From Eledone cirrhosa (Eukaryota), in contig OZ024742.1 of the NCBI GenBank assembly GCA_964016885.1, forward strand, positions 173,848,001-173,912,000: a stretch of DNA of 64,000 nt, written 5' to 3'. This document shows, piece by piece, positions 1 to 12,568 of the stretch. Each line of letters opens with the position of its first letter. Within the stretch, counting starts at the first letter, position 1. A program made the translations under genes and the position numbers. The notes beneath the pieces were generated by a model, which saw nothing but the letters and a program-made list of their open reading frames with translations, did no database searches and was not told the origin of the DNA.

Positions 1-270
1 CTGTCACCGAAATATATATAGCAGTAATAAACGAAGCTAAATTTTAAACATTTGACTTATTTATTTTATTTTATTTTATTTTATATATATATATATATAT
101 TCATCATCATCATCATCATCATCGTCGTCGTTTAACGTGTATATATAGTTGCCCGATATAGGTTTGTTATTTTTATTGATTTATTACTTTAAATCGAGAC
201 AGGCAAACCATATTGTTTCAAATTAGTATTTTTTCAACCTAGCTAACTTGGTCATTTGCAATTGGAACAC

Positions 271-396
271 ATGTATACTTGTATCGGTGTTCATCCCTCT
301 CATATATTCAATTGTATTACACGGCTCGTAAAGATTCCCTTCTTTGAGCTATTGAATTATGAAAAAACTATTTTAAGTTTCTAACTCAAATCAATC

Positions 397-442
<46 letters not shown>

Positions 443-568
443 GATTGAGTTGAGTTAGAAACTCAAAATAGTTTTTTCATAATTCAATAGCTCAAAGTAG
501 GGAATCTTTACGAGTCGTTTAATACAATTGAATATATGAGAGGGATGAACACCGATACAAGTATATAT
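271..568. repeat. Foldback: ~130-bp inverted arms (271-400 / 439-568) around a (TA)n centre
   Basis: atgtatacttgtatcggtgttcatccctc...tcaatctatt is the near-exact reverse complement of aatagattgag...gatgaacaccgatacaagtatatat. Confidence 0.9.
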
Positions 569-730
569 TTTAATTATGTCTCATATAAAATAATACAACT
601 AGCTTTCCGCAAAATACATATAGTTAGCACCCCAAACGTAAAATTGGGATTATACTAAGGTATATCCTAATGTTTGTTGAGTGAGTTGGTAGCTAGTCAG
701 AGTATAGCTTAAAGCTTTCTCTGTTAATGT

Positions 731-791
<61 letters not shown>

Positions 792-1083
792 TATAAAGTA
801 TGCCCATAGAATCATTTGATAATATATATAAACCATTTCTTCTGCCAATTAGCATAATCAACCACACAAAAAACCAATTGAACCAGGCTATAAGATTAAA
901 AGGCACCTATGAAGAAATAGTAGATAAATAAACGACAGCAATCTATTTGCGATCAACCACTATAGAATATTTACGCAACATTTCAATAGCACGTGGAAAT
1001 CGATTAAATATAACGTCAACAATACACAATTAGGAATAAAAATAAAGTTAGAAGAAAAAATGCATATACACATACCAGGAATG

Positions 1084-1166
1084 CGTTTCTACCCTTAGGG
1101 TTTCGTTCGCTTTCGGAAATATCCTATCAAGCATAAATTCTCGAGCTTCGAACTCACCAGGAAACA
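1084..1166 (-). ncRNA. Type-I hammerhead ribozyme motif with extended stem II; core CUGGUGA (A6G)
   Basis: Minus strand reads UGUUUC-CUGGUGA-GUUCG-(39 nt)-CGAAC-GAAA-CCC-UAA-GGG-UA-GAAACG. Stems I, II and III all pair, and the cleavage triplet is GUA. Confidence 0.75.
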
Positions 1167-1362
1167 AACTCACTTGGACAAATATTTTTTCTTAAATGAT
1201 CCCCGCTAGAAACGAATTCAAAATGGCTAAGAACTCTGACGTGGCAGTGGTGAAGTCAGAAAGAATGTGATTGGTACCTCACTGCGAGTGGGCTGGTTGG
1301 TAGAAAGCGCAGCCCAATATTGCCCAAATTGCATCTCAACTTTATTGGAGATTATCATATAT

Positions 1363-3535
1363 CTATCTATCTAAGGCGGGTAAAATTCCCGAGATCCATG
1401 GACGAGTTCTCTCCAGCGGTCTCTGTCCCTCATTATCGCTGCCATATCCTGCATCTCCAACAGACCAGTGTCTGTCCTTAGGGCATCAACATATGTTAAC
1501 CTTGGTCTTCCTCTTCTAGTGTGTCCATGTAGGGGCTCCCAAAGGAGCACTGAGTGCAATGTCAACTCTGGATGTCGGTGAGCATGTCCAGCCAACCTCA
1601 GTCTTCTCTGTGTCACTTTTGAGCTGACTTTTGGGATGCTCCCATACAGCTCTGAGTTTTTCATCCTCAGTGTATACTGATTAATGTTCAGAGCCATCCT
1701 CAGCATTCTCGTGTAGCACCCATCCACCATCTGAGTGAGTCTCTTGGTCAGTGTCCAAGTCTCAGACCCACACAGCAGCACAGACTCCACTACAGCAATG
1801 AAGAGGCGGACCTTCAGGTCTCTACGAAGGTTCGATTTCCACACCGATCCCAAGCTGTGACACGCCGCCCAGGCCTTGCTCTTCCTCTCAACCACATCAT
1901 CTTCCGTATTCCCAATCTTTGCTCCCAAATACAGGAAGTCCTCAACCAATTCCAGCGGCTTCCCGCCTACATTAGTGATCCCCTCTGGCTTCTCAACATT
2001 CTCTACCAGATATTTTGTTTTAGTCTCATTCATTCTCAGCCCCACACTCATCGACACAGTCTCAACCTCCCGCATCAAATCCTCTGCCTCCTTCACTGTA
2101 TTTGTCACCAAAACTATGTCGTCGGCAAATTCAGCATCCGATACCTTTTTCGCCCCAACTCTCCTGCTCTGAGCCGGTGCTACAGTAAAGCCAGAGTCCT
2201 GGTGTTTCTCCAGTGCAAGGCGCATACAATAGTCCACTACGATGATAAAAAGGTAGGGAGCCAATGTATCTCCGTGGAGCACTCCAGCCAGTATCTCAAA
2301 GAACTCTGTTCTCCCATCAGGTGTAATGACTTGGGCTTTGGTGTTGGTGTAGAGCAGTGATATCAGGTCCACTATCCTCTTGGGGATTCCATAAGCCTGT
2401 AAGATCTTCATCAGGCAGTAACGGTCCACAGAATCAAAGGCCTTCCTAAAGTCAATGAAAACCATGACCGCAGGAAGGCACTTTGCTCTAGCTCCCTCTA
2501 ATATCCTCCTCAGCATCAGGATGTGACTGGTGGTTGATCTACCCTCTCTGAAGCCGTTCTGGTTGTCCCTGAGCTTCTTCTCCATCTCAGGCTGGATCCT
2601 GTTAAGAATCATCCTGTTGAGGGTCTTTACCACAAGTGACGTCAGTGAGATCCCCCGGTAGTTGTTGGTGTTAGAGAGATCTCCCTTCTTTGGCACTGGG
2701 ACGATGTTACTGATCCTCCACTGATTCGGAGCAACTCCTTTCTCCAGTGCCCCGTTACAGAACCCCAGGATGATATCATCAAAATCACACCTCTTCATCA
2801 CCTCTGATGCCACTCCATCTTCTCCATGAGCCTTGCCCTCCTTGATCTTCTTCTTGGCTCTCTGAAGCTCCTCTCTGGTGAAGGGCTCTGTCTCAACATC
2901 CAGTTCCCCAAACAGCCGCCTGATCTCCCCAGTGCTCTGGGCTGTGGAGGGTGGCTCTCCTAGTAGGGTCCTAAAATGGTCTAGCCATTTCCTCTTCCTA
3001 TCCTCGGGCCCCGTTCCCTGGATCTGACTCGAACACCTTTTCTTCCTCCCTGTGATCTCGTTGATGATCATCCAGCTCTCCTTACATCCAGATCTGTCAA
3101 CCGCTCTCTCCACACTTCTGATCTTCTCTATCAGTGCCTCCTCTCTGACCTCAGTGTAAGCGGTACAGAGCTCTTCCCTCATCACCCCCACAGTCTCCAT
3201 CCTCTCCTCCGTAGGATCAGCATAGAATTGGTCCCTGGCAGCTTTCAGGTGTTCTCTGGCTGCACACGCTTTTGGGTTTGCAGAGCTTCCCTTTGATCTT
3301 TTTCCTCGGCACCAGGGTTTCACTTGCTTTCGCCACTGCATTGGTGAAGTGCCCGTACCTCCTCGTCACACTCTCCTCAGTCCATCCAATCTCTCTCTCC
3401 TCTGACTCTCCACACAGAGCACTAAACCTGTTTCTCACTTCCACTGTGAACCTCTCCTGTAGCTTATCATCTTCCTTGAAAGCTCCCCAGTCATAGATTG
3501 TTCTCCGGGGCTGAGCCTTGCTCTTTCTTAAGCTC
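1363..3535 (-). mobile_element. 5'-truncated RTE-clade non-LTR retrotransposon (young copy)
   Basis: Contains the RT ORF plus an upstream frameshifted piece ([27 protein letters not shown]). A short (ATAG)n tail follows the stop codon directly. The 5' end is in TATA. Confidence 0.9.
1371..3341 (-). CDS. RTE-clade reverse transcriptase ORF (RT plus C-terminus; AP endonuclease missing; first ~20 aa are out-of-frame sequence)
   Basis: Motifs [68 protein letters not shown]. Confidence 0.9.
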   Translation of the reverse strand: MQWRKQVKPWCRGKRSKGSSANPKACAAREHLKAARDQFYADPTEERMETVGVMREELCTAYTEVREEALIEKIRSVERAVDRSGCKESWMIINEITGRKKRCSSQIQGTGPEDRKRKWLDHFRTLLGEPPSTAQSTGEIRRLFGELDVETEPFTREELQRAKKKIKEGKAHGEDGVASEVMKRCDFDDIILGFCNGALEKGVAPNQWRISNIVPVPKKGDLSNTNNYRGISLTSLVVKTLNRMILNRIQPEMEKKLRDNQNGFREGRSTTSHILMLRRILEGARAKCLPAVMVFIDFRKAFDSVDRYCLMKILQAYGIPKRIVDLISLLYTNTKAQVITPDGRTEFFEILAGVLHGDTLAPYLFIIVVDYCMRLALEKHQDSGFTVAPAQSRRVGAKKVSDAEFADDIVLVTNTVKEAEDLMREVETVSMSVGLRMNETKTKYLVENVEKPEGITNVGGKPLELVEDFLYLGAKIGNTEDDVVERKSKAWAACHSLGSVWKSNLRRDLKVRLFIAVVESVLLCGSETWTLTKRLTQMVDGCYTRMLRMALNINQYTLRMKNSELYGSIPKVSSKVTQRRLRLAGHAHRHPELTLHSVLLWEPLHGHTRRGRPRLTYVDALRTDTGLLEMQDMAAIMRDRDRWRELVHGSREFYPP

Positions 3536-3635
3536 ATATATATATGATAATCTCCAATAAAGTTGAGATGCAATTTGGGCAATATTGGGCTGCGCTTTCT
3601 ACCAACCAGCCCACTCGCAGTGAGGTGGTACCAAT

Positions 3636-3924
<289 letters not shown>

Positions 3925-3927
3925 GAA

Positions 3928-4144
3928 GGCGTGTGGCTGAGTGGTTAGAGAATTGGGTTCGCAATCGTAAGGTTGTGAGTTCGATTCCTGGACCAGACGA
4001 TGCGTTATCTCCTTGAGCAAGACACTTTATTTCACGTTGCTCCATCTACCTGGAGTTGCGACCGATAGATAGTATTAGCAATTGGAAAGACCAACGGAAA
4101 CATTGTTCCCTCGGTCCGATTTGACGAAAGTCGATCGTTCCTTT
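3928..4144 (+). mobile_element. tRNA-derived SINE, family A (CORE-like central domain)
   Basis: A box TGGCTGAGTGG, B box GTTCGATTC, CORE-like ccttgagcaagacactt. A second copy lies inverted at 29056-29272. Confidence 0.8.
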
Positions 4145-4145
4145 A

Positions 4146-4520
4146 TGGCTTAGTCGTTAGAGCATTGGCCTTGCAATCGAAAGTTTGTGAGTTCAATTCT
4201 CAGGCCGGGTGATGTATTGTTTCCTTGAGCAAGACACTTTATTTCACATTGATCCACTTTACTCAACTGTAGAATTGAAAAGATAGGGACTGGGGTCCCT
4301 ATCATTCCGCTGCAAAGTGGCCGTGGCAAAAAAAGGTGCCGCGGCAAAAAAGCCCCCAGCCCACACTGTAAATTGGACGTGTAGGCGCCACTGAAAAAAG
4401 CACACACCACTCACTCTAAGTGAGGTTGGTGTTAGGAAGGGCATCCAGCTGTAGAAATCAAGCCAGAATCAGTTCACGTCCCAAGCAGGGAAAAGCAGAT
4501 GTAAAATGATGATGATTATG
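4146..4520 (+). mobile_element. tRNA-derived SINE, family B, with RTE-type 3' tail
   Basis: A/B-box head and ccttgagcaagacactt. The 3' end caagcagggaaaagcagatgtaaaatgatgatg matches the RTE 3' end near 50060-50099. Second copy at 29290-29612 (-). Confidence 0.75.
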
Positions 4521-4554
4521 ATGATATTATGTGCAAAGTAAACCTGCAGTCAGT

Positions 4555-4875
4555 GGGCTCCTCTAAACCACTCTATCCCTACCCCATCCTTCCAATCCCG
4601 CCAACACCACCCTTTCTCTATAAGGTTATGTTGGTACCACAATATCCAGTCCAAACTAATGAGGTCGTGTAGGTGTCACGACAAAAACAGAAAAAAAAAC
4701 ACAGTCCACGCTGTAATGTGGTCGTATAAGTAACATAGTAAAAAGCTTCCAATCCAGATAGTTCTATACGAGTGAGACACGGTCACCCGACCAATCTTGC
4801 CTCAAATGGGACAATTCCCGTCTAACCCATGCTAGTGTGGAAGATAGACATTAAACCATTATGAGGATGATGAGG
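4555..4875 (+). mobile_element. RTE LINE 3'-UTR fragment ending in (GAT)n
   Basis: Similar to the 3' UTR that follows RTE coding remnants at 18050-18450. Further copies at ~13185-13515 (-), 16320-16490, 31610-31805 and 43520-43785. Confidence 0.7.
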
Positions 4876-5832
4876 ATTTATATATATACAAATGAATGTG
4901 TGTTTGTATAGATCAAGAACTCAATAGGCTGTTTGAGATGTAACTACCCAAAATACACTAGTTGATAGTCACTGCAACCCTCCACACTGTATACGTCTAT
5001 GTAGGAGATAACTTCAATGTAAATAACTATGTAAAATATTTACATTTCATCTAATCAATAGAGAAGAGATGTATATATTATGACTTCATACTACTGAAAT
5101 TGAATAAAACCAAAAGCAAAGCCGAAATATAGTTTTCCACACCCTTTTAGATATAACATGTGTAGAATCTTGGCCGTCATATATCTCTTGGCGAGTTCAG
5201 ATAATAAAATTGACAATCTGTTTATTGACATCTATCGCTTTCAACATATTGTTTGTCTCTTATTTTGTTTTATTTTGATGTTGTTTCATATATATATCTT
5301 AGATGCATTTTTTCTTATCAAAAAAGGTCTCTTCTAAATCTGTGTGAAGTTTAATTTTACAGCTGGATATCAGCAAGGCCAGATATACATTCGACCTTTA
5401 GACAATCCAGATATTCATAAATAGGAAACCACAACAACCAAGCTCTTAAAAGTATATATTCCCACAGATAGATACATGAATAAAAACATATATATATATG
5501 AGGGGATATACACACACATATATCATCATCATCACCATTTTACGTCCATTTTCCACACTATCATGTTATATATATATATATTCATTTCATTTTACGTCCG
5601 CTTTTCCCTGCTTGCAAGATATATGTAAGTATGTATACGTACATACATATATGTATACAGACGTACAGTAGTATGAATATATATATACATACTTGCACAC
5701 ATATATATATGTACGTATGGGTTTACCGAACATTTATTATAATGTTCGGTTTGTTTGTAAACAAACAGTCCGAATTAAGCCGTACAATGTTCGGCAACCA
5801 TCGTCGCCCTTTTGTTCAACACTGACAAAGGA

Positions 5833-5875
5833 ACGATGAACTAGTTTCAAGCTTATTAGCTATCGTCATCATCGT
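5833..5875 (-). ncRNA. Minimal type-I hammerhead motif (core AUGACGA, C3A)
   Basis: ACGAUG-AUGACGA-UAGCU AAUA AGCUU-GAAA-CUAG-UU-CAUCGU. Confidence 0.65.
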
Positions 5876-5993
5876 ATACCTTCCAGTCAGATGAATGAAG
5901 ATTTGAAAGTATATGCTTTCCTTATGCATATTAACGGCTGAGCAGCCTAATTTGCATATCGGTTTGCATATCAATCATCTGACAGGAAGGTAT

Positions 5994-6036
5994 ACGATGC
6001 TGGCGATAGCTAATAAGCTTGAAACTAGTTCATCGT
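5994..6036 (+). ncRNA. Minimal type-I hammerhead motif (core CUGGCGA, A6G)
   Basis: ACGAUG-CUGGCGA-UAGCU AAUA AGCUU-GAAA-CUAG-UU-CAUCGU. Stem III (ACUAGU) is palindromic. The consensus of the two arms is canonical CUGACGA. Confidence 0.7.
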
Positions 6037-6302
6037 TCCTTTCTCAGTGTTGAACAAAAGGGCGACCATGGTTGCCGAACACTATGTGGCTTAATTCGGG
6101 CTGTTTGTTTACAAACAAACCGAACATTATAATAAATGTTCAGTAAACCCATACGTACATATATATATATGTGTGCATGTATGTATATATATATACATAC
6201 TACTGTACGTCTGTATACATATGTGTATGTACGTATACCTACTTACATTTAAGTATCAGCAGTACTAAGAGTGAGAAATGAAATTTCATTTCATTATTTT
6301 CC

Positions 6303-6346
<44 letters not shown>

Positions 6347-6599
6347 GTAGTATGTATATGTGTGTGTGTGAGCGAGAACGCATATGTGTGTGTGCATGTA
6401 TGTGCGTGTGTAGAAATCTGTAGATGAAAGATCATGAAAAAGAGTGCTCAGTCTGTTGGGAGGGCTTATTTAGTATAAACAAAGTTTCATACAATTAACA
6501 TGTGTGGGAGGCGGCAGTGATGGTGAGGACAGCTGCTGGAATGTGCAAGTGGAAGGAGGGACACATGGAAGGGTGATGTCATACTGTTTGCTTGTGGCT

Positions 6600-7174
6600 G
6601 GATCTTCAACATCATTAGCATAGCACCCGACCACATGATCTTTTATCATCTTAGTTGTGATGCTTAGTTTCTTAAATTCAGACTTCACTACCTCGTCCCA
6701 AGTCTTTTGAGGTCTGCCTCTTCTATGGTTACCAACCACTGGGATTTCTCTGCATTTCTTTATGCAGCTACAAACTTCTATATGCATCACATGTCCATAC
6801 CCATCCAGTTTTGTGTCTTATACTGAGTTTATCTCACTACATCAATCATGGAGCCTACTCACTTCATTTCTTTCTAGCTTTCTCAGCTCTGCACTCAAGG
6901 CTTATGTTTGACTGCCATGTAGCAATGCATTTCATAAGCAGGCATCATTAGTCTTCAATCTAAGAGAGATGCCCTTAATAGTCAGCAGGGCTATCAGCTG
7001 TCTAAACTTCTTCCAGCCTGTTCTGATCCTGGCCATCACACTTTCAGTTCATGCTCCCACACTGCTGCTTAGATTACCTAGGTAACAAAAGCTGTCACAA
7101 CTTCTAAGGAACCTCCCTGACAACTGAATGAATCTATTGCATGTGTATTCTTAGTAATTACTTCTCCTGTGCAC
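6600..7174 (-). mobile_element. Decayed RTE LINE 3' coding fragment
   Basis: RRGRPQKTWDEVV, and decayed YLG / GWKKFR motifs. Confidence 0.75.
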
Positions 7175-8243
7175 ATGTATATATACATACGTACATACAC
7201 ATATATATTTATGTACATACACACAAACATTCATATATGTATATATTACTATCAGTAGCACTAACATAGTCTGGTTCCTAATAGAGATTAATATGAGTGA
7301 TTATACAATATGTTCATATAAAATATATATCCATATATCTTGCTATGAATATTTTAAGCAGTGATCATGTCACAACTACCTTATTAGCCATGCAAGAATA
7401 TAATATCAAACAGTAGTCTTTCAGGATTTTTATTCATCTTCAGCGATATATATACACTTAGTACTGAGGCAAACTGAGCTATTTCTTATATATATTTTGC
7501 ATGTGGTGCATCTTTATAGTTAAAGGGCCTCTAATTTTTTGCTATCAGATATTATAAGCAAAAGACATGATGGAATGTTAGACAATGGCCTCTCTGCATG
7601 CTTCATATCACCCTGCTTTCTGGTACTACTACATTTCAATCCTTTCATTTTCTTTGTCTGCCTATTTGTACTGACTACATATATTCCTTCCTATATCAAA
7701 ACAAAGCTGGATTAATCATTAAGCCAAATAAGCTCATGCTTTGGATATCAAGGGGAGAAAAACAACCTTTTATTCAAATTAAATGTATGTGTCATACAAA
7801 AATAAAATTTCTCTGCAGACTTTATTAATATGAGATGATGAGGTAAGAAGGGGTAGCATATTCTATTAAGTGATTAGGGCCCCAAAGGAATTAATATAGC
7901 TCTGTATTAAATATCATGCATCTAACAGATACTTTTTCTTTGTTTTCCCTTGAATATAATTACAATAATACTGAATAAATTACTACATAAATTTGAGGAA
8001 TTATGTAAATATTTAAACAAGTTTGCAGCCCGTAAGATATTATTTTAGCAGTATTATTAATTCTCAAAATCCTATACCATATGAAAGCACATTGGCAAGA
8101 TATTCTTCAAAAGTACAAATCAGTCCCTTGATTGCATTACTTTAAAAATTGAAGTCATCAACTTAGTTTACTACAAATTTTCACAAAACTGAAGTAAAAT
8201 TGCATAGGAATTTGAATTTAGTGAAAAAGTGTAATATTTATGT

Positions 8244-8277
<34 letters not shown>

Positions 8278-8361
8278 CATATCATTTGAAATTTCGAGGT
8301 CCAGCCCATTCTCACCAGGAGGGGCGTCATACTCTCGCAATAAGTATATATATATGTATAT

Positions 8362-8584
8362 TGTTGTGCGAGAGTATGACGCCCCCCTGGCGAGAATGAA
8401 CTGGACCACTACATATAAATAGTAGCAGTCTGAATAAGTGGGCAGGTTGGTGCGAGTTCCACAGTTTGTATGTTTATAGTCAAAGCTGGAGTTCAATTTC
8501 ACAGTTTGAGTTAGCATGTTGGATTGTTTCGATTATATTGTTATTAGACTGTCGCAGTGTATTCGTTTATCCATAAGGACATAA

Positions 8585-8586
<2 letters not shown>
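8362..8586 (+). mobile_element. Possible solo LTR inserted in (TA)n, with a partial inverted copy of its start at 8298-8339
   Basis: Starts TGTTGTG and ends CATAACC (imperfect TG...CA terminal inversion). Internal TATAAATA. (TA)n on both sides. Confidence 0.4.
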
Positions 8587-8640
<54 letters not shown>

Positions 8641-8884
8641 CACATATATATAATATAAAAAAGGTGAGACATTATTACGTATACATCCTCTGTTTATTAC
8701 ATCATCCAGTTATGCACATTTCGAAGACATTGGCGATAGGCAAGAAAGCGCTTGGAGATACTGTTCATTAGTACTATGTAGTTGGAGTAGAACGCTAGAC
8801 TAAGGTTTCAAGTTAGTACATAAAATTAACCGCTTTGATTTACATGGGATAATAAGTAGGCTGCTAAATTTATTTTCTTCCTAG

Positions 8885-8917
<33 letters not shown>

Positions 8918-9070
8918 GGTGTGGTGGGTCAATAACATTGTTAGAACTCCATGCAATCCTGAAGTAATAATTCTTAGATCAAGTGTTGAGATTTATTGCT
9001 TTTGTTGATGGCTTTCATCATATCAGATTCAATTGTGCATTTTGAACGAGCTTCAGAGGCATATATATAC

Positions 9071-9352
9071 GTGTGTTGAACGAAGAAACTAAAACATGAA
9101 ATCGGTGCTTAATAACTTCATTGTTTTATTATCATTTCTCGAGGTTGATTGATGATGATGGATCGATATAGGGTCTACTTGATAGTAGTTATGCAACCAC
9201 ATATTATTAATCTTTATACTCCAAATCCAATTTGCCATCTTGCACAAAAACAATTAGTGACTATGTTGATCTATCATGATCAATCAACCCTCTGAAACGA
9301 TTGCAAAACAACAAAATGATTAAGCACTAATCTTCACTGTGTTTTCATTGTT

Positions 9353-9360
<8 letters not shown>
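9071..9360. repeat. Old, degenerate foldback (arms ~9071-9171 / 9261-9360)
   Basis: gtgcttaataac...gaggttgattgatgatgatggatcgatatag versus ctatgttgatctatcatgatcaatcaacc...gattaagcac. Confidence 0.6.
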
Positions 9361-9400
<40 letters not shown>

Positions 9401-9435
9401 ACACACACACACAGATATATATATATATGTGTATT

Positions 9436-9929
<494 letters not shown>

Positions 9930-9958
9930 TTATACATTGCTATTTCAAACCACCAATA

Positions 9959-10006
<48 letters not shown>

Positions 10007-10009
<3 letters not shown>

Positions 10010-10123
10010 GATATTAATAAATGGAAACTATATTTATAAAACCATATTTATTTCATTATACATATTTCAGGGATACCAAATTAAATCATCAGACAAAATA
10101 CAATATATAACAGTTTTACAAAT
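10007..10123 (-). mobile_element. Solo copy of the 58701-58940 hammerhead family; stem II partly deleted (motif 10049-10100)
   Basis: Nearly identical to 58703-58833 except for a deletion of ~13 nt. Abuts (TA)n. Confidence 0.8.
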
Positions 10124-10658
10124 AAGCTTTGGCGTACCCTTTTAAAATGTAACCATTATTTTTGGAAGCCATCTGGATAGTGAATTGTTTATATTATTTT
10201 AATAAGTCTTCGTGTTAAGGACAATTAGAAAAAGACGGAGAGAAAGAAAAAAGACGGAGAGAGGAAAAAGAAAAAACGTGGAGAAATATCGGAGAGAGAG
10301 AAATGCATGGAGAAAAAAAAGAGAGATAGATAAAGAAGGAGGAAAGAAAGAAAAAAGAAAAATAGAGGAAAGCAACAGAGGAGATATCAAGCCATCAGAC
10401 AGATAGAAAAACTCAAGAGAGAGAAATAATATATAGAGAGAGGGGGAGATAATGAAAACTTTACGTCATGTCATATTAAGTTGAGTTAACAATTCATATG
10501 AAATGAATAATAAAAATATAAATATTAATATTCATGAATGGGACATAAATATATAATATGAGAAATTAAACATTATTTAATAATGATTATATGTTTAGTT
10601 TAAAACTTGAGATCAATATACTAAAATTTGAGAAAGCACTATCTTACGGCAAAGATAG

Positions 10659-10697
<39 letters not shown>

Positions 10698-11265
10698 TCC
10701 TGAGAATAGAAATTATGTCTACTCAGGTCTACAATATAGACATACAAAACGCAAATGATTTCTCTTAATCACTACTATACATTCCTTGTGTTATAAAAAG
10801 TTCACAGTATATATACATAAATATATACGATTAACATTCATGCCTTCATATATACGATTACCATTCATGCATTTAACATTTTGTTAAAATTATGCATATC
10901 TGCAATCAAAACTGTGTGGGTAGGCATGCACACACATAACTCTCACCCACACACATACATATACATATATATATATATATACACATACATATGTATAAAT
11001 AAATATTTGCGTGCGTCTTCACCAATTGTTAGACCCGCATCGCTCATATATATATATATATATTTCGTTTCAGAATTTGTTTAGCAAGATTCTTTATCTG
11101 AAATCGTGTGTTGAAACCGATAGTGTTATACTTTGGGAGGGTCATGTTGCCAATAAGAAACACACGCACCAGTTGCTTTCACTTCAATTTATTATAATAA
11201 ATTTAAAAATTTATAAATTTCTGGTTGGTTGGTTGGTTCCACAACCAGATAGTTGTTTATATATT

Positions 11266-11308
11266 GTCATAGTTCTTTCGTCACACACTCTGTGACCTCT
11301 TCAGTGAC
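11266..11308 (-). ncRNA. Minimal type-I hammerhead motif
   Basis: GUCA-CUGAAGA-G-GUCAC AGAGUGU GUGAC-GAAA-G AA C-UA-UGAC. Confidence 0.8.
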
Positions 11309-11364
11309 TGGGGCTTCTTTTTTTGTGTCTCTCCTTTGTTCTGTCCTACGCCATTTTGTCCCCA

Positions 11365-11407
11365 GTCACTGAAGAGGTCACAGCGTGTGTGACGAAAGAA
11401 CTATGAC
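11365..11407 (+). ncRNA. Minimal type-I hammerhead motif
   Basis: GUCA-CUGAAGA-G-GUCAC AGCGUGU GUGAC-GAAA-G AA C-UA-UGAC. Confidence 0.8.
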
Positions 11408-12051
11408 AATATATAAACAACTATCTGGTTGTGGAACCAACCAACCAACCAGAAATTTATAAATTTATTATAATAAATTGAAGTGAAAGCACTTGGTGCG
11501 TGTGTTTCTTATTGGCAACATGACCCTCCCAAAGTATAACAATATATATATATATATATATATATAAGTACATGTCTCAATGGAAATTGGAAAGCGACCT
11601 CTGTCAAAAACTGTACTAAACACATTAGTAATGTATCGGTATATTTTTAATTTAGAAATGGCTTCTATGGGTCTAAAACTGTTTCATTTGCAAGGAATCA
11701 TCAGGAATGACAGATGATTTTTGTCAGCTTGAGTTTTTAATGTCTCGTAGGAATGAGTTTTGGGAGGGGTGATTAAAGTAGGATCGGTTGATAGTGGGGG
11801 TTTCATACAGACTGAGGAATATCATGTTCAGGGATATCAATGGAGAGGTGAAGTAGATGGAAGGAGTATAGAAGAAGAAGAAGAAGAAGAAGAAGAAGAA
11901 GAAGAAGAAGAAGAAGAAGAAGGTGGGGATGGTGAAAAGCAAATATGTGCAAATGTGTGTAGATGAGTGTATATTTATAACTATATATATATATAACAGA
12001 GTATTGAAGTTTGCTTGAAGCATTCTGGAATAATAAAAAATGTGGTCATTA

Positions 12052-12446
12052 TGGAAGCCTCAACAATGCAGATGGGTAAATCTCCGGGTAACAGAATCCG
12101 GTGGTGAAGAGAGAGATGTGAGAGGAAATGTAGAATGAGATGTATAGTGTGTAGAGGAACGTAGGAAAGAGCATAACAAATAATAATAATAACACGAGAT
12201 AGAGTTACATCTCTCTCTCCACCACCGGATCTTGTTACCCGGAGATTTACCCATTTGCATTGTCGAGGCTTCCAAACGACTTAAAGAAATTGTCCCTATA
12301 TTTCGGATTTCGCCACCATCAACTAGGGGATTTTCCTCTCCGACAGATAACTTTCCCCCTCGGAAAACCCCCCATCTTACATCTCTCTCTTCACCACCGT
12401 ATTCTGTTACCCGGAGATTTCCCCATCTGCATTGTTGAGGCTTCCA
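12052..12446. repeat. ~68-bp unit present once in one orientation (12052-12122) and twice inverted in tandem (~12207-12274, ~12376-12446)
   Basis: ggaagcctcaacaatgcagatgggtaaatctccgggtaacagaatccggtggtgaagagagagatg and its reverse complements. Confidence 0.85.
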
Positions 12447-12455
12447 AGACGACCA

Positions 12456-12505
<50 letters not shown>

Positions 12506-12530
12506 ATATATATGCGTGTGTATGTATATA

Positions 12531-12568
<38 letters not shown>

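Larger units (their letters stand above)
5623..6248. mobile_element. Foldback cassette with ~275-bp inverted arms (5623-5898 / 5971-6248), each carrying a hammerhead motif; probable PLE terminal-repeat derivative
   Basis: Arms are near-perfect reverse complements. The 72-bp spacer contains two tttgcatat motifs. Confidence 0.8.
11062..11543. mobile_element. Non-coding PLE terminal-repeat foldback (same family as 43798-44903) embedded in (TA)n
   Basis: Arms 11124-11313 / 11360-11541 are inverted and match both ends of the GIY-YIG-encoding element at 43.8-44.9 kb. Confidence 0.9.

Noticed and set aside
1857-2360. 167-aa + strand ORF and similar antisense ORFs over LINE/PLE coding regions
   Set aside because: Antisense shadows of retroelement ORFs
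3928-4000. tRNA gene
   Set aside because: A and B boxes are present, but there is no clean cloverleaf and the sequence continues into a SINE body
4110-4144. Hammerhead-like ccgatgtgacgaaagtcgatc at the SINE A 3' end
   Set aside because: Only a GAC-GAAA-GUC hairpin; both core segments are missing
7410-7447. Minus-strand CUGAAGA...GAAA
   Set aside because: Stems I and II do not pair; likely chance
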